From positions 58,498,384-58,537,779 of the forward strand of contig NC_068982.1 of assembly GCF_001194135.2 (NCBI RefSeq): DNA of 39,396 nt, given 5' to 3'. A program made the position numbers and the translations under genes. Of this stretch, positions 1-12,372 are shown one piece after another (the stretch's first letter is position 1; the number at the start of each line of letters is the position of its first letter). The DNA comes from Octopus bimaculoides. Its lineage: Eukaryota. Below the pieces are notes generated by a model, which did not search any database, was not told the origin of the DNA, and was given only the letters and a program-made list of their open reading frames with translations.

Positions 1-37
1 ATATATACACATTATATATATATACATATATATACAT

Positions 38-69
<32 letters not shown>

Positions 70-226
70 CATTATATATATATACATTATATATATATAT
101 ATGTATATATATACATTATATATATATATATATAATATATATAATATATAATATATATATATATATATGTATATATATACATTATATATATATATATAAT
201 ATATATAATATATAATATATATATAC

Positions 227-274
<48 letters not shown>

Positions 275-420
275 CATATATACATATATTAATATACACA
301 TATGTGTATCGATTTCTCTCTATCTATCTATCTATATGCACAAACACACGCACACATATATATATATATACACATATATATACATGATGATATATATATA
401 TATATATACAAACACTCACA
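1..420. repeat. (TA)n/(CA)n compound microsatellite
   Basis: Direct inspection. Similar tracts occur throughout, e.g. 1205-1275, 1488-1683, 6290-6495, 7368-7550, 9100-9565, 22285-22400, 28428-28510, 30380-30680. Confidence 0.97.
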
Positions 421-474
421 CACTTAAGGGGGAAAAGGTTCTGGGTTAAAGTACAAATATTTTAATCAGTGTCT

Positions 475-550
475 TGAGAGAGAGAGAGAGAGAGAGAGAG
501 NNNNNNNNNNAGGTTCTGGGTTAAAGTACAAATATTTTAATCAGTGTCTT

Positions 551-626
<76 letters not shown>

Positions 627-680
627 TAGAGAAAGAGAGAGATAGAGAAAGAGAGAGACAGAGAAAGAGAAAGAAAGAAA
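475..680. repeat. (GA)n microsatellite
   Basis: Direct inspection; spans a 10-N gap. Confidence 0.95.
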
Positions 681-727
681 GGCTGCAACTTAATTAACAG
701 TTCAAATCGTTTGCTTGCTTGCCTTAC

Positions 728-916
728 CTACAAGCAAGAAGAAAGCTATTGAAAAGATTATCTTCCTGCACCATTCTACTGCTTCGTTGTTTGTTGTTCC
801 TTGACCTCTGCCGAAAATGCTGTCAGAGGAGTAGCCAATACTTGGTTGCTAAATATGCCATGCGAGGTGTCTTCAGGGACTTTAACCTGCTGAACTGTTG
901 GTGACATTTACTGCTG
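728..916 (-). other. Candidate exon of an unidentified gene (reading frame unresolved)
   Basis: Long polypyrimidine tract TTTCTCTCTGTTCTCTCACATTAG ends at 917, with an alternative acceptor CTCCTCTGACAG at 820. Strong donor TAG|GTAAGG at 728/727. Unique, CpG-retaining sequence. Confidence 0.5.
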
Positions 917-1236
917 CTAATGTGAGAGAACAGAGAGAAAGTCTGCGTTTATAACAAATCAATCAAGCAAATATCGGCACAAAGCCATCTTCACTTGGCA
1001 ATAAACACAGCGGCAGTAACGTCTTAAAAGAAGTTAATTTTCTGTCTGTCTGACTGCCTGTCGGTCTGCCTGTCAGCCTGTCACTTTTTCAACTAACTTC
1101 TTTCTATATAGTCTAACCCTTTTTGCTTAGCTTTCTATATAGTTCCAACTACCTTTTCCCATTATTTTCCTCTATCTTTTCCTTTATCTACTTATCTATG
1201 TATCTATCTGTCAGCCTATCTATTGATTTATATATA

Positions 1237-1272
<36 letters not shown>

Positions 1273-1487
1273 TATACATTTATGTCTATGTCTATCTCAT
1301 ACATAGATATTGAATGTACAGTCTTCTCATCAATATCTATTTGTATCTCAGCCTAAAACACTCTTACTTCTTCAAGATCAATATATTTATCGCTTTATTT
1401 ATTTGCTGTTCTTCTGCTTATTTAGTCAATAACTCTATTCCTTCTATCCATTTCTTTTCTCCCTTTCCTCTCCCTCCCTCTCTATCA

Positions 1488-1520
<33 letters not shown>

Positions 1521-1563
1521 CATATACACATGCATACATATATACAAACACACATCTTATATA

Positions 1564-1616
<53 letters not shown>

Positions 1617-2183
1617 GCACACACACACACATATACATATATATTATATTGATAAATTCATGCACACACACACACACACACACAAATTCTCATATTAATG
1701 CTTAGTTTGTTTTTCTAACTCTCTCTCTGTCTACCTACATCTGCTTGTCTATCTAACCTTTTTATTTGTCTGTCTATATATATGTTTATTATAAACACTT
1801 TCTGATCTCTATAATTACAAACCCTTATACTTTTTAGCTAGATAGATTAAAGCAAACTTAGTCATGTATCTTGCAAAACATAAGAACCGTAGCAAGGTTG
1901 TAACTCATGATTTTGTGGTCAGAAACCATAAACCATGTGTTACAGCCCTATGTTAATATTTAGAAATATGATATTTCCAAGTATCAGAATATTTGTCATA
2001 AAAATTTTGATGTATTTTGATAACACATAAGGTTAGGTTTTTTTCTATTTTTTTTATTTACTAGGGAATAGTATATGAGCCTTTGATTGTTGTGTAATCC
2101 TACTACTTATGTTGTTGACCCCTAGAAGATGAAAAGTTAAACTAGCCTAAGTAGGATTTGATTTGTAAAACATAAAGCAGAAA

Positions 2184-2527
2184 GTGGCTGTGTGGTAAGA
2201 TGCTTGCTTCACAGCCACATGGTTCTGGGTTCAATTCCACTGCATGGCATATTGGGCAAGTGTCTTTTACTATAACCTCGGGCTGACTACAAAATTAGAA
2301 AGAAGCCTGTCATATGTATGTGCGTATGCATGTGTATCTGTCTGTTTTTGTCTCCTACCACCACCTGACAACTTGTGCTAGTTTGTTTACATCCCATAAA
2401 TTAGTTGTTTGGCATAAAGGGCTGTTACAATAAAATAAGTACACATGTCTATTTGTTCTACTAAAACCCTTCAAAGTAGTGTCCCAGCATGGCCACAGTC
2501 CAGTAATTGAAACAAGTAAAAGATAAA
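2184..2527 (+). mobile_element. SINE family B (CORE-type)
   Basis: GGCTGTGTGGTAAGATGCTTGCTTC head, GGGTTCAATTCC B-box, CORE-like TTGGGCAAGTGTC, and tail GAAACAAGTAAAAGATAAAA. Confidence 0.8.
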
Positions 2528-3109
2528 AAACAATAGCAGATAAATATAAACTAAATAAAGTAAAATTTTGAAAAACTTCTAAACCTGTTTTATATAATTT
2601 GCTACCAAAACCACAGACCTTAATTTACACAGAAATAATAATCTCCCTCTTTGAATGATATAAGCTCCTATTTTATTCATTCATTTGATAACTACAGTGA
2701 AGAGAAATCTCTAAACTACTTCCCTGAGCTCATGACCCTGCATTACTATGCAAATGAATTCCAGAATAGGAACTGATGTAACAGAAGCTTTCCTGATATA
2801 ATTAATTATGATATTAGCTTTCTTGGAAATAACTGATAGAAGAGTATACACCACAGTGTCATATATCATGATCATCAACATTTAATGTCCACTTTTCCAT
2901 GTTGGATTGCTTGACGGGTACTATCAAGGCCAGGGGTTGCACCAGGTTCCATAGTCTGTTTTGACTTAGTTTCTATAACTGATGCCCTTCCTAACGACAA
3001 CGACTTCACAGAGTGTACTGGGTGCTTTTTATGTGGAACCATCACTAGTGCTTTTTATGTGACACCAGCACACATACCAATGCTTTTTACATGACACCTT
3101 GTATGTATA

Positions 3110-3455
3110 TATAAGTTTGCTTCCCAACCAGATGGTTCCAGGTCCAGTCTTCTACCATAGCCTTGGGCTGACAAAAACCTTGTAAATGGACCTGATAGAG
3201 GGAAACTGAAAAAAAAACCCATCACATATATGTGTGTGTGTCCTTGTGTTTGTGTTTGTCCATCACCAAAGCTCGACAACTACCATTGGTGCATTTATGT
3301 TCCTGCAACTTAGCAGTTCGGCATGGGAGACCAAAAGAATAAGCACCAAGCTTTAAAAAAAGTACTGGGGTAGATTCATTTGACTAAAAATTATTTAAGG
3401 TGGTGCCCCAGCTTGACCACAGTCTACTGATTGAAACAAGTAGAAGATAAAAGAT
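3110..3455 (+). mobile_element. SINE family B, 5'-truncated
   Basis: AAGTTTGCTTCCCAACC..ATGGTTCCAGG body and GAAACAAGTAGAAGATAAAAG tail. Confidence 0.7.
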
Positions 3456-3804
3456 AAAATGTCTACTCTTTGCTACCAAATAGTTGTACAAAATATATCA
3501 GAAAGCAATAAAACAAACTTGTAAATTGACTAAATATGCATTTCTTGTCTAAAGCATCAAGAAAGTCACCCACTCCAAGAGAAAAAAAAAGTTGACAATG
3601 TGTGTCTGCTGGCTTAACACAGCTGAAAGGCAAGCAGTAAAATATCCGCTTTCTATGTCTTTCTTGTTCTTGGTCACTGCTCTTACTATAACTGAAAGGC
3701 AAGCAGTAATATATCTGTTTTTTTGTCTTTCTCTTTCTTAGTTACTCACTCATATTTTGTTTTGTCCCTCTTTTTTATGCTCTCTTCTCGAAAATAATGG
3801 TGAT

Positions 3805-4188
3805 GATGGCACTCCGTCGCTTATGATGATGAGGGTTCCAGTTGATCCGATCAACAGAACAGCCTGCTCATGAAATTAATGTGCAAGTGGCTGAGCACTC
3901 CACAGACACGTGTACCCTTCATGTAGTTCTCGGGGATATTCAGCATGACACAGAATGTGAAAAGGCTGACCCTTTGAATTACAGGTACAACAGAAACAGG
4001 AAGTAAGAGTGAGAGAAAGTTGTGGTGAAAGAGTACAGCAGGGTTCGCCACCATTCCCTGCTGGAGCCTCGTGGAGCTTTAGGTGTTTTTCGCTCAATAA
4101 ACACTCACAACGCCTGGTCTGGGCATTGAAACCGCGATCCTATAACTGAGAGTCCGCTGCCCTAACCACTGAACCATTGTGCCTCCAC
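3805..4188 (-). mobile_element. SINE family C, full length, tRNA-derived head
   Basis: Minus-strand head GTGGAGGCACAATGGTTCAGTGGTTAGGGCAGCGGACTC..GGATCGCGGTTTCAATGCCC, and tail ..ACTGGAACCCTCATCATCATAAGCGACGGAGTGCC(ATC)n. Confidence 0.85.
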
Positions 4189-4773
4189 TCAAAAATAATA
4201 GAATACAAAGAAAATGACACCACTGCTTTCCATTGTCTTTCTCTCTCTTGACCATTTTATACTAAGAAATGAAGGAATGCAAAATAAAAGTAAATATGAC
4301 TACAATGAATCCAGTGAAAATTGCCAATAATCAATTATATATTGCACAAAAATTATTTATTGCAGTAAAATAGTAAGACATGCAGTGCATGTGTTGCATG
4401 CATCGACTCTTCGCCCCTACTATGCATAAGAAAGAGATTATAAATGCATAACTTTCATCTGCGCAACAGAACCTGCTTTTTGTGAACACAGAGAAATGTA
4501 ATCACACAGTTACTATTAGCAAAACTTGTTGGCCCTAAATATATTCAATATATTGTTTTATCCTCTGCATAATATTGATTTCAAATTGTGGCACAAAGCC
4601 AGCAATTTCGGGGGATGGGGTAAGTCAATTACATTCACCCCAGTTTTCAACTGGTACTTAATTTATTAATACTGAAAGGATGAAGAACAAAGTCGACCTC
4701 AGTGGATTTTGAACTCAGAATGTAAAGATGGACAAAATGCTACTAGGCATTTTGCTTGGTGTGCTAATGATTC

Positions 4774-5005
4774 TTATTTCTTTGCTGCCCACAAGGGGCT
4801 ACACACAGAGGACAAACAAGGATAGATAAATCGATTAAGTTGATTATATATACTCCCAGTGCCTAACTGGTACTTATTTAATCGACCCTGAAAGGATGAA
4901 AAGCAAAGTTGACCTTGGAGGAATTTGAACTCAGAATGTAGCGGCAGACGAAATACCGCTAAGCATTTCACCCGGCGTGCTAATGTTTCTGCCAGCTCGC
5001 CGCCC
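4774..5005 (-). mobile_element. SINE family A, young full-length copy
   Basis: Head GGCGGCGAGCTGGCAGAAACATTAGC, B-box-like GAGTTCAAATTCC, body GCTTTTCATCCTTTCAGGGTCGATTAAATAAGTACCAG (Deu/Nin-like central domain by recall). An older partial copy lies at 4575-4765. Confidence 0.85.
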
Positions 5006-5240
5006 NNNNNNNNNNNNNNNNNNNNNNCTAACTGGTACTTATTTAATCGACCCTGAAAGGATGAAAAGCAAAGTTGACCTTGGAGGAATTTGAACTCAGA
5101 ATGTAGCGGCAGACGAAATACCGCTAAGCATTTCACCCGGCGTGCTAATGTTTCTGCCAGCTCGCCGCCCTAGTCTGTGCTTAATATTATCAATGAGTTG
5201 CTGTTAACTAAAAACACTCTGCCCTTCAATGATTACATAC

Positions 5241-5345
5241 AATCAGTGGTTTCCATTATATTCCCTTCGCTAGTGGTCACAAATACTTTGGTACCATCCA
5301 AGGACCTTTGTCCCACCAGAGGAGAAATACTGAGCAGTGCTGATG
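5241..5345 (-). other. Candidate 105-nt coding exon (phase 1-1)
   Basis: AACTTTCTTTGGTAG| ... |GTATGT, with open frame SALLSISPLVGQRSLDGTKVFVTTSEGNIMETTD. No homology recognised. Confidence 0.35.
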
Positions 5346-6450
5346 CTACCAAAGAAAGTTTGGCTTGTTTGGGCCTACACTGTAGTATGCTTCGTAATTC
5401 CACAATCAATGTAGCTTACTGCATTATGTATATGCATTGAAAAAGGCAACAAAATGCACGTATACATATACACACGTATGTACAAACATATATATACATA
5501 TATGTAACATACAAAAATTACACATATTCACACCTGCATGCACATACAATCCACAAACATTCACACACAATACATATATTCACATACACACAAATATTTA
5601 CACACAATGCACATATCATTACACACAACACATCACTCTTTCTTTATAAATACACACACACATAATATTTACACATCACACACATGTATTCACACACAAC
5701 ACTTACGTATATACACATACACACATATAAATATATATACATATGCACAAATATTTACATACAACAGACAAATATATAAATACACATGGACATATAGGCA
5801 GAAAGCAATGCCCCAGCATGGGCTGAATCATATAAACTGGCTGAAACTAGTAACAACACAAAAGAATATATCTGCTTTTTTTTTTTGTATGAAGTGACAA
5901 TTAGATTTGATCCTTAGGTCTTTTCTTCCATAGCTTCTGATTTCTGCACCGTGAACAGTTAAGGCAATCCATTTGTTCAGAGCCATTCTGTGTTACCATT
6001 TCTTCTCAAGACAGCACCAGTATTTAGAAGGATAGAGAGCAATTGTTTGATGGATCAGCAGTAAAGGGAGAAATAGAATGAAGTAGATAGATAAAAATAT
6101 GATATAGGCATATAGATAGATAGGAAGATAGATAGATAGACAGACAGATAGATAGATAGATAGGTGTGTGGGTGGATGAACAGATAGACAGATGCATGGA
6201 AGGGCAGATGAGTGTCTAAATAAAAAGTCAAAGATAGAAAGATAGATATACAGTTAAGTAGATATAAAGGAAAAGAGTGGGCGTGTTTCTGTGTGCACAT
6301 GTATATGCACACACATAATATAAACACATATATATACATGTACGTATGGATATATACATATATATGTACATACACACACACATATCTACACAAGTGTACG
6401 CATGTATAAATACATATGTATATGCATCATACAAATACATACATATATAC

Positions 6451-6495
<45 letters not shown>

Positions 6496-7609
6496 NNNNN
6501 NNNNNNNNNNNNNNNNNNNNNNNNNNNNNNNNNNNNNNNNNNNNNNNNNNNNNNNNNNNNNNNNNNNNNNNNNNNNNNNNNNNNNNNNNNNNNNNNNNNN
6601 NNNNNNNNNNNNNNNNNNNNNNNNNNNNNNNNNNNNNNNNNNNNNNNNNNNNNNNNNNNNNNNNNNNNNNNNNNNNNNNNNNNNNNNNNNNNNNNNNNNN
6701 NNNNNNNNNNNNNNNNNNNNNNNNNNNNNNNNNNNNNNNNNNNNNNNNNNNNNNNNNNNNNNNNNNNNNNNNNNNNNNNNNNNNNNNNNNNNNNNNNNNN
6801 NNNNNNNNNNNNNNNNNNNNNNNNNNNNNNNNNNNNNNNNNNNNNNNNNNNNNNNNNNNNNNNNNNNNNNNNNNNNNNNNNNNNNNNNNNNNNNNNNNNN
6901 NNNNNNNNNNNNNNNNNNNNNNNNNNNNNNNNNNNNNNNNNNNNNNNNNNNNNNNNNNNNNNNNNNNNNNNNNNNNNNNNNNNNNNNNNNNNNNNNNNNN
7001 NNNNNNNNNNNNNNNNNNNNNNNNNNNNNNNNNNNNNNNNNNNNNNNNNNNNNNNNNNNNNNNNNNNNNNNNNNNNNNNNNNNNNNNNNNNNNNNNNNNN
7101 NNNNNNNNNNNNNNNNNNNNNNNNNNNNNNNNNNNNNNNNNNNNNNNNNNNNNNNNNNNNNNNNNNNNNNNNNNNNNNNNNNNNNNNNNNNNNNNNNNNN
7201 NNNNNNNNNNNNNNNNNNNNNNNNNNNNNNNNNNNNNNNNNNNNNNNNNNNNNNNNNNNNNNNNNNNNNNNNNNNNNNNNNNNNNNNNNNNNNNNNNNNN
7301 NNNNNNNNNNNNNNNNNNNNNNNNNNNNNNNNNNNNNNNNNNNNNNNNNNNNNNNNNNNNNNNNNNATATACCATATATACACACATACATATACATACA
7401 AACATACATATATATATATATATATAAATACACACAAACGTATATATACATACATATATACATGATATATACACCTAAACATATACATATGTATAATATA
7501 TACACAGACATATACACACACACACACACACATACTTTCATACATATACACATAAGCACATAGATGCAGAATGTGCTCTTATTCATGGCACTGGTCATGA
7601 GATGGACTG

Positions 7610-7690
7610 CAGTGATGGTGGTGGTGGTGGTGATAGTGGTGGTGGTAGTGGTGATGGTGGTGGTGATGGTGGTGGTAGTGGTGGTGGTGG
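7610..7690. repeat. (GGT)n/(GAT)n trinucleotide tract
   Basis: Direct inspection. Related tracts at 8553-8636 (ATC), 11430-11530, 11650-11770, 22610-22820, 13898-13960 (ATT) and 26646-26685 (AAT). Confidence 0.95.
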
Positions 7691-9118
7691 CTGAAATATC
7701 AAGAAGAGATTCTATTAGTGTATGGGAGTTGTAAAATGGAATAATTGGCCGTATATTGCTGCCGGAATGGTACCTGTAATTGCTAATGGTGCAAATCGGA
7801 CAATGAACAAGGTTTAGCTGTGACAATAGTGTTTCTCCCTGCAGTCTTTTGTTGCATAAAACTATGCAAAAGATACATCCATCTATCCATCAATGAAGAG
7901 AATAATTCTTGAACTGAAGGTAAAATAGATAGAAGAAGAAGAAGAAAAAAGAAAACGGTGTCCAAAAAAAAAAGGGTAATAATAGAAGAAAACAAAAAAG
8001 AGAACAACAAAGAAAGAGAATAGGATGATGAAGGAAAGAAACAAAATGACACTTTGGCCCCCAAAAATGTGTCTACGGTATGGGTCTTGGTTTACTCCAT
8101 AAATTTTGTCTTTTATTTCGGTTTTAGCAGTGGGATTGGTGAACTCGGTTCATTGTTACTGGAGTTTTCTGATAATCCAAACCAAAACTGTTGGTTTGAT
8201 GTTCTCGGACAAAAATAATGCTAACGCAGTCCGGTTTCAGCCAAGCTAGAACATTAGCTGACTGGGGAAACAGAGAAAGAGGAAGAGAGAGGAGGGAGAG
8301 GGATAGAGAAAGGGGGAGAGAGAGAAAACAGGAGATAGGAGATAATGAGGGGGAAAGAGAGTTAGAGAGAGAATAAAGGAGAGAGGAAAATCGGTAAGAG
8401 AAAGGGCGAGATAGATAAGTTATTGGATATCTATTGTCCTATTACAACAGCCTGGCAATGATGCCACCTTAAGAGCTTGAAGTGACTAATCTATTAGACA
8501 CCTTTACTTTGTCCTTGCTCTTTGTAGCCAATTTTTTTTTTATTAAAGACAATTATCATCATCATCATCATCATCATCACCATCAATTGGTGGTGGCGGT
8601 GCTGTCATCGTCAGCATCATCATCATCATCATCAGTAGTAGCTGTTGTGATGTTCTTGTTGTTGTTCACTTTTGGCTGTCCTTTTATTCCTACGTTATAA
8701 AGAAGGTAAACTTTTGATTGAAAATCCTTCTGTTATAAAGGTCAAAGTAATGGGTTTTATGCATATTTGTGTGTGCATGCATGCATGTTTGTATGCGTCT
8801 ATGTATGCGCATGATGTACATGTGTGACTGTACTTGTGTGTTGCAAGTGCAACAGTAGATAGTCAAATGTCGTTCTGCATGATTTATTACATACACACAT
8901 GCATATATGAATGTATATATGTATATATATATGTGTATATAACTCTTTATCTCTCTCTCTCTCTCTCTCNNNNNNNNNNNNNNNNNNNNNNNNNNNNNNN
9001 NNNNNNNNNNNNNNNNNNNNNNNNNNNNNNNNNNNNNNNNNNNNNNNNNNNNNNNNNNNNNNNNNNNNNNNNNNNNNNNNNNNNNNNNNNNNNNNNNNTA
9101 TACATACATATATGTATT

Positions 9119-9162
<44 letters not shown>

Positions 9163-9243
9163 TATAAGTATGCAATAAATCATACAGAACGACATTTGAC
9201 TATCTACTGTTGCACTTGCAAAACACAATCACACACGTATGTA

Positions 9244-9293
<50 letters not shown>

Positions 9294-9481
9294 TACATAT
9301 ATGAATAGATGTATGCATATAATGTATATATACATACAGGTATGCATACTCATCTATAAATGCATGTATATACATGCATTTACACATGTGTAAGTATGTG
9401 TGTGTGAGTATATTTATGTATATATGCATATGTATGTGTGTGTGTGTGTGTATATTTGTGTGTATGTGTATTTATACATAC

Positions 9482-9536
<55 letters not shown>

Positions 9537-9999
9537 CAAGCATACATGCATGTATGTATGTATGTATGAACCCTTTCTATTTCCTTTTCACTTAGTCACT
9601 CAGAAACCATTCTGATCCCACCAATATTTTGCTTTCAATTTTATTACACATTTACATACTATATATATTATGATAGACATATATTGTGGTTGTGCAACCA
9701 ATACATCCCTACACTCTTTCTACATCTTCACTATTTTTAGTCAATTATGAAAAAAACAGCACAGTGTCCTGTATATTTTATGTCAATACAGGGCACGGGT
9801 TTGGTTAAATTATTAAGAAGTAAACTAAGTGACTATGATGTTCTGTAGAACTCAGATTGGATTCAAAATGAAACTACTGTTTCTTCATCTGAGACAGTGC
9901 TGCTACTTACCACACACATGGACAGTCGAGATCTCATGGAAAGAAATCACAAGTGACTAATTGAGAGGGAATAACTCACTGAGACACTTCAACATCTGA

Positions 10000-10620
10000 C
10001 CTAAAGATGTTGCTGTGTCTGCTCTCTGCATTTTTCTACCACTTCTATTGTGGCTTCTACATGTTCACTTTAACTTCTTCTCATGTCATCTCTATCAATC
10101 TAGGTGCCACTTTACTGACTTGTCTTTTATTATACCATCACTGATATTATGCTTGTCAGTCTATTTGGTCTATCTATATGCTAGAAATAATAGCTAATTT
10201 TCCATCAAATCCCACTGTCTTGTCATGAAATAGCAATGAACACTGTATACTATGCTCTTTTGCCTTTGTGTAAACCCTTCGTTCTCTGTAGGACAAAAGT
10301 CAATGATGACTTTTCTTTGCTGTTCTCAACTCTTTGTTTCCTCAGGGATACTGGCTCAGTGTATGGGGCACCCACATCAAATATTTCCCTGAAGAATGGC
10401 CTTACTCTCTCAGGTCTTGTCAGTTTTGAATTGTCACCAATGCTTCTATAATATTGCTTTTCTAGGAAGGTGTGTTGGTCCTATGGAAACCCATCTTTAC
10501 TTCTTGGAAGAAGTGGTCCATATTAGTCTGACCCCTATCTTTTGACCTGTCTATCATGCACTAGCATAGCTAGAGTGTGTGCTACTCAGGATGGCCCTTC
10601 AGTTTGCCAATCCCCATAAA
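10000..10620 (-). mobile_element. Possible decayed RTE LINE 5'UTR/endonuclease fragment
   Basis: The plus-strand stretch CCCCTATCTTTTGACCTGTCT..TAGCATAGCT resembles the reverse complement of RTE 5' regions as I recall them. No clean ORF remains. Confidence 0.35.
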
Positions 10621-10633
10621 AGTGTCAGTTATG

Positions 10634-10852
10634 CTTTTACTATTTTACTTGTTTCAGCCATTTGACTTTGGCTATGCTGGAGCACCACTTTAAGGGGTTT
10701 TATTGAACAAATCAACCTCAAGACTCATTCTTTTAAGCTCAGTACTCATTCTATTGATCTGTTTTGCTGAACTGCTAAGTTGTAGGGATGTAAACACACC
10801 AACATTTGTTGTCAAGCGATGATAGGGGGACAAACAAAGACAAACACACAAG

Positions 10853-10897
<45 letters not shown>

Positions 10898-11030
10898 GAT
10901 GGGCTTCTTTCAATTTCCATCTACCAAATCCACTCACAAGGCTTTGGTCAGTCCAAGGCTATAGTAGAAGACACTTGCCTAAGGTACCACACAGTGAGAC
11001 TGAACCCAGAACCATGTAGTTGGAAAGCAA
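10634..11030 (-). mobile_element. SINE family B (second partial copy at 11140-11285)
   Basis: CTACCAAATCCACTCACAAGGCTTTGGTC..ATAGTAGAAGACACTTGCCTAAGG is the reverse complement of the family-B body. Confidence 0.8.
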
Positions 11031-11050
11031 ACACACAAACACAACATATG

Positions 11051-11137
11051 AGAGAAAGTCAAAATGGAATTCATGAAATTCTTTATTAGTCACTACGAGA
11101 TTAATAAATCTCATGAATTCCATTTTGTTTTTCCCTA
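11051..11137. ncRNA. Pre-miRNA-sized hairpin (function unproven)
   Basis: Perfect 17-bp inverted repeat at 11060-11076/11111-11127, inner TTTATTA/TAATAAA pairing, 13-nt loop. Confidence 0.3.
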
Positions 11138-12189
11138 GCTGCCACAGAGTTTCTGTCTACCAAATTCACTCACAGGGCATTGGTCAGCTTGAGGCTACAG
11201 CAGAAGATAATTGCCCTAGATGCCATATGCAGTGGGACTGAACTCAAAACCATGTGATTGTAGAGCAAGCGTCTTAACCACATCTATACACAAGATACAG
11301 ACATTTTTCCTATTACTGTTTTCTTTGAACTTTTTGAAGGTCAAAAATTCTGGCAAAAATGTGTGAGAGGAAGCAAGAGAGGGGGTCAGTGTCCTGGATA
11401 GAAACAATGGGCAAAAGTTCTGTTATAAAATGGTGGTGGTGGTGGTGACGACTGCAGTGAGGATGATTGGTGTCCATGGTGTGCATGGCAGGGAACTGAT
11501 AATGGAGATAGTCATAGTGATGATGATGGTGGTGTGTTTGTATACATACATGCACACTAAAAACCTTTATTAGTGAAAACAGTTTTAGGAAATGTGGTGT
11601 TACTGTCATATAAAAAGCAAGTGCTTTTCTAACCTTTTACATCTATAACTGTTGTGGTGGTGATGATGATGGTGGTGGAGCCAGAGATTCTGGGAGTGAT
11701 GACGATAATGATAGTGGTTGTGGCTGTGTCAGTGATGGTGGCAGTGTTGGTGATGATGATTAATAATATTGATGACAGCGGCGAGAGTGGTATAAATTAC
11801 AGAAATCATTGACAATGTTAATAATTGACCTACTGGGAAGGTAATAAGGTATGACTAACAATACAATTTGTTAAAGAATTCTGTCTATCAAAATTCTAGA
11901 CACCAGAGTTTTGATAATGAAGACTGTCCAACAGTTGAAAGTTTATTGTGGCGCAATGTGAAAGATCCAGTAGTTGCAAGCATGATAGTAAAGACTACCC
12001 AAGGGCCTTCTGTCACAAAAAAAGGTAAAATGAAAAATAGAGTGGAGCAGATTACATCAGGGAAAGTAAAACAATCGCAGGCTCTATCTGTATGTACATA
12101 ATCATGTCTCTTATTTCTTAGTTTTAAATATAAAGTGTTAAAAATAATGTAATACATAAACAGATTTCTCTTAAGTCATAAAAATAAAA

Positions 12190-12372
12190 TAGAACTGGCA
12201 CTGTGTCAGTTACGATAACTAGGATTCCAGTTGATCCATCAATGGAACAGCTTGCTCATGAAGTTAACACGCAAGTGACTGAGCACTCCACAGACATGCA
12301 TAAGCTTAACATAATTCTCATGGAGATTCAGCATGACACAGAGTGTGGCAAGGCTGGCCCTTTGAAAAACAG
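12190..12372 (-). mobile_element. SINE family C 3' portion
   Basis: GGATTCCAGTTGATCCATCAATGGAACAGCTTGCTCATGAAGTTAACACGCAAGTGACTGAGCACTCCACAGAC matches 3835-3910. Confidence 0.8.

Noticed and set aside
436-575. Direct repeat of ~65 bp (436-500 and 511-575)
   Set aside because: Identical sequence on both sides of a 10-N gap; an unmerged contig overlap.
37-1683. YI/CV/HT-repeat ORFs (also at 9229-9615, 19802-20258, 30348-30843 and elsewhere)
   Set aside because: Translations of dinucleotide microsatellites with no coding signal.
4090-4188. tRNA-like sequence (also other SINE heads)
   Set aside because: A/B-box-bearing SINE heads continuous with SINE bodies, with no complete cloverleaf. Not tRNA genes.
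4863-5170. Tandem duplication of a SINE 5' half (4863-5005 and 5028-5170)
   Set aside because: Base-identical copies flanking a short N-gap; most likely an assembly artefact.
6228-7826. Long ORFs of 340-530 aa here and at 17420-18253, 31511-32026 and 12451-12877
   Set aside because: They run through N-gaps and (TA)n/(CA)n tracts and are artefacts.
9911-10000. Strong minus-strand donor G|GTAAGT at 9911/9910
   Set aside because: The 90-nt upstream segment has stops in all frames and abuts a probable LINE relic. The 46-nt alternative is unsupported.
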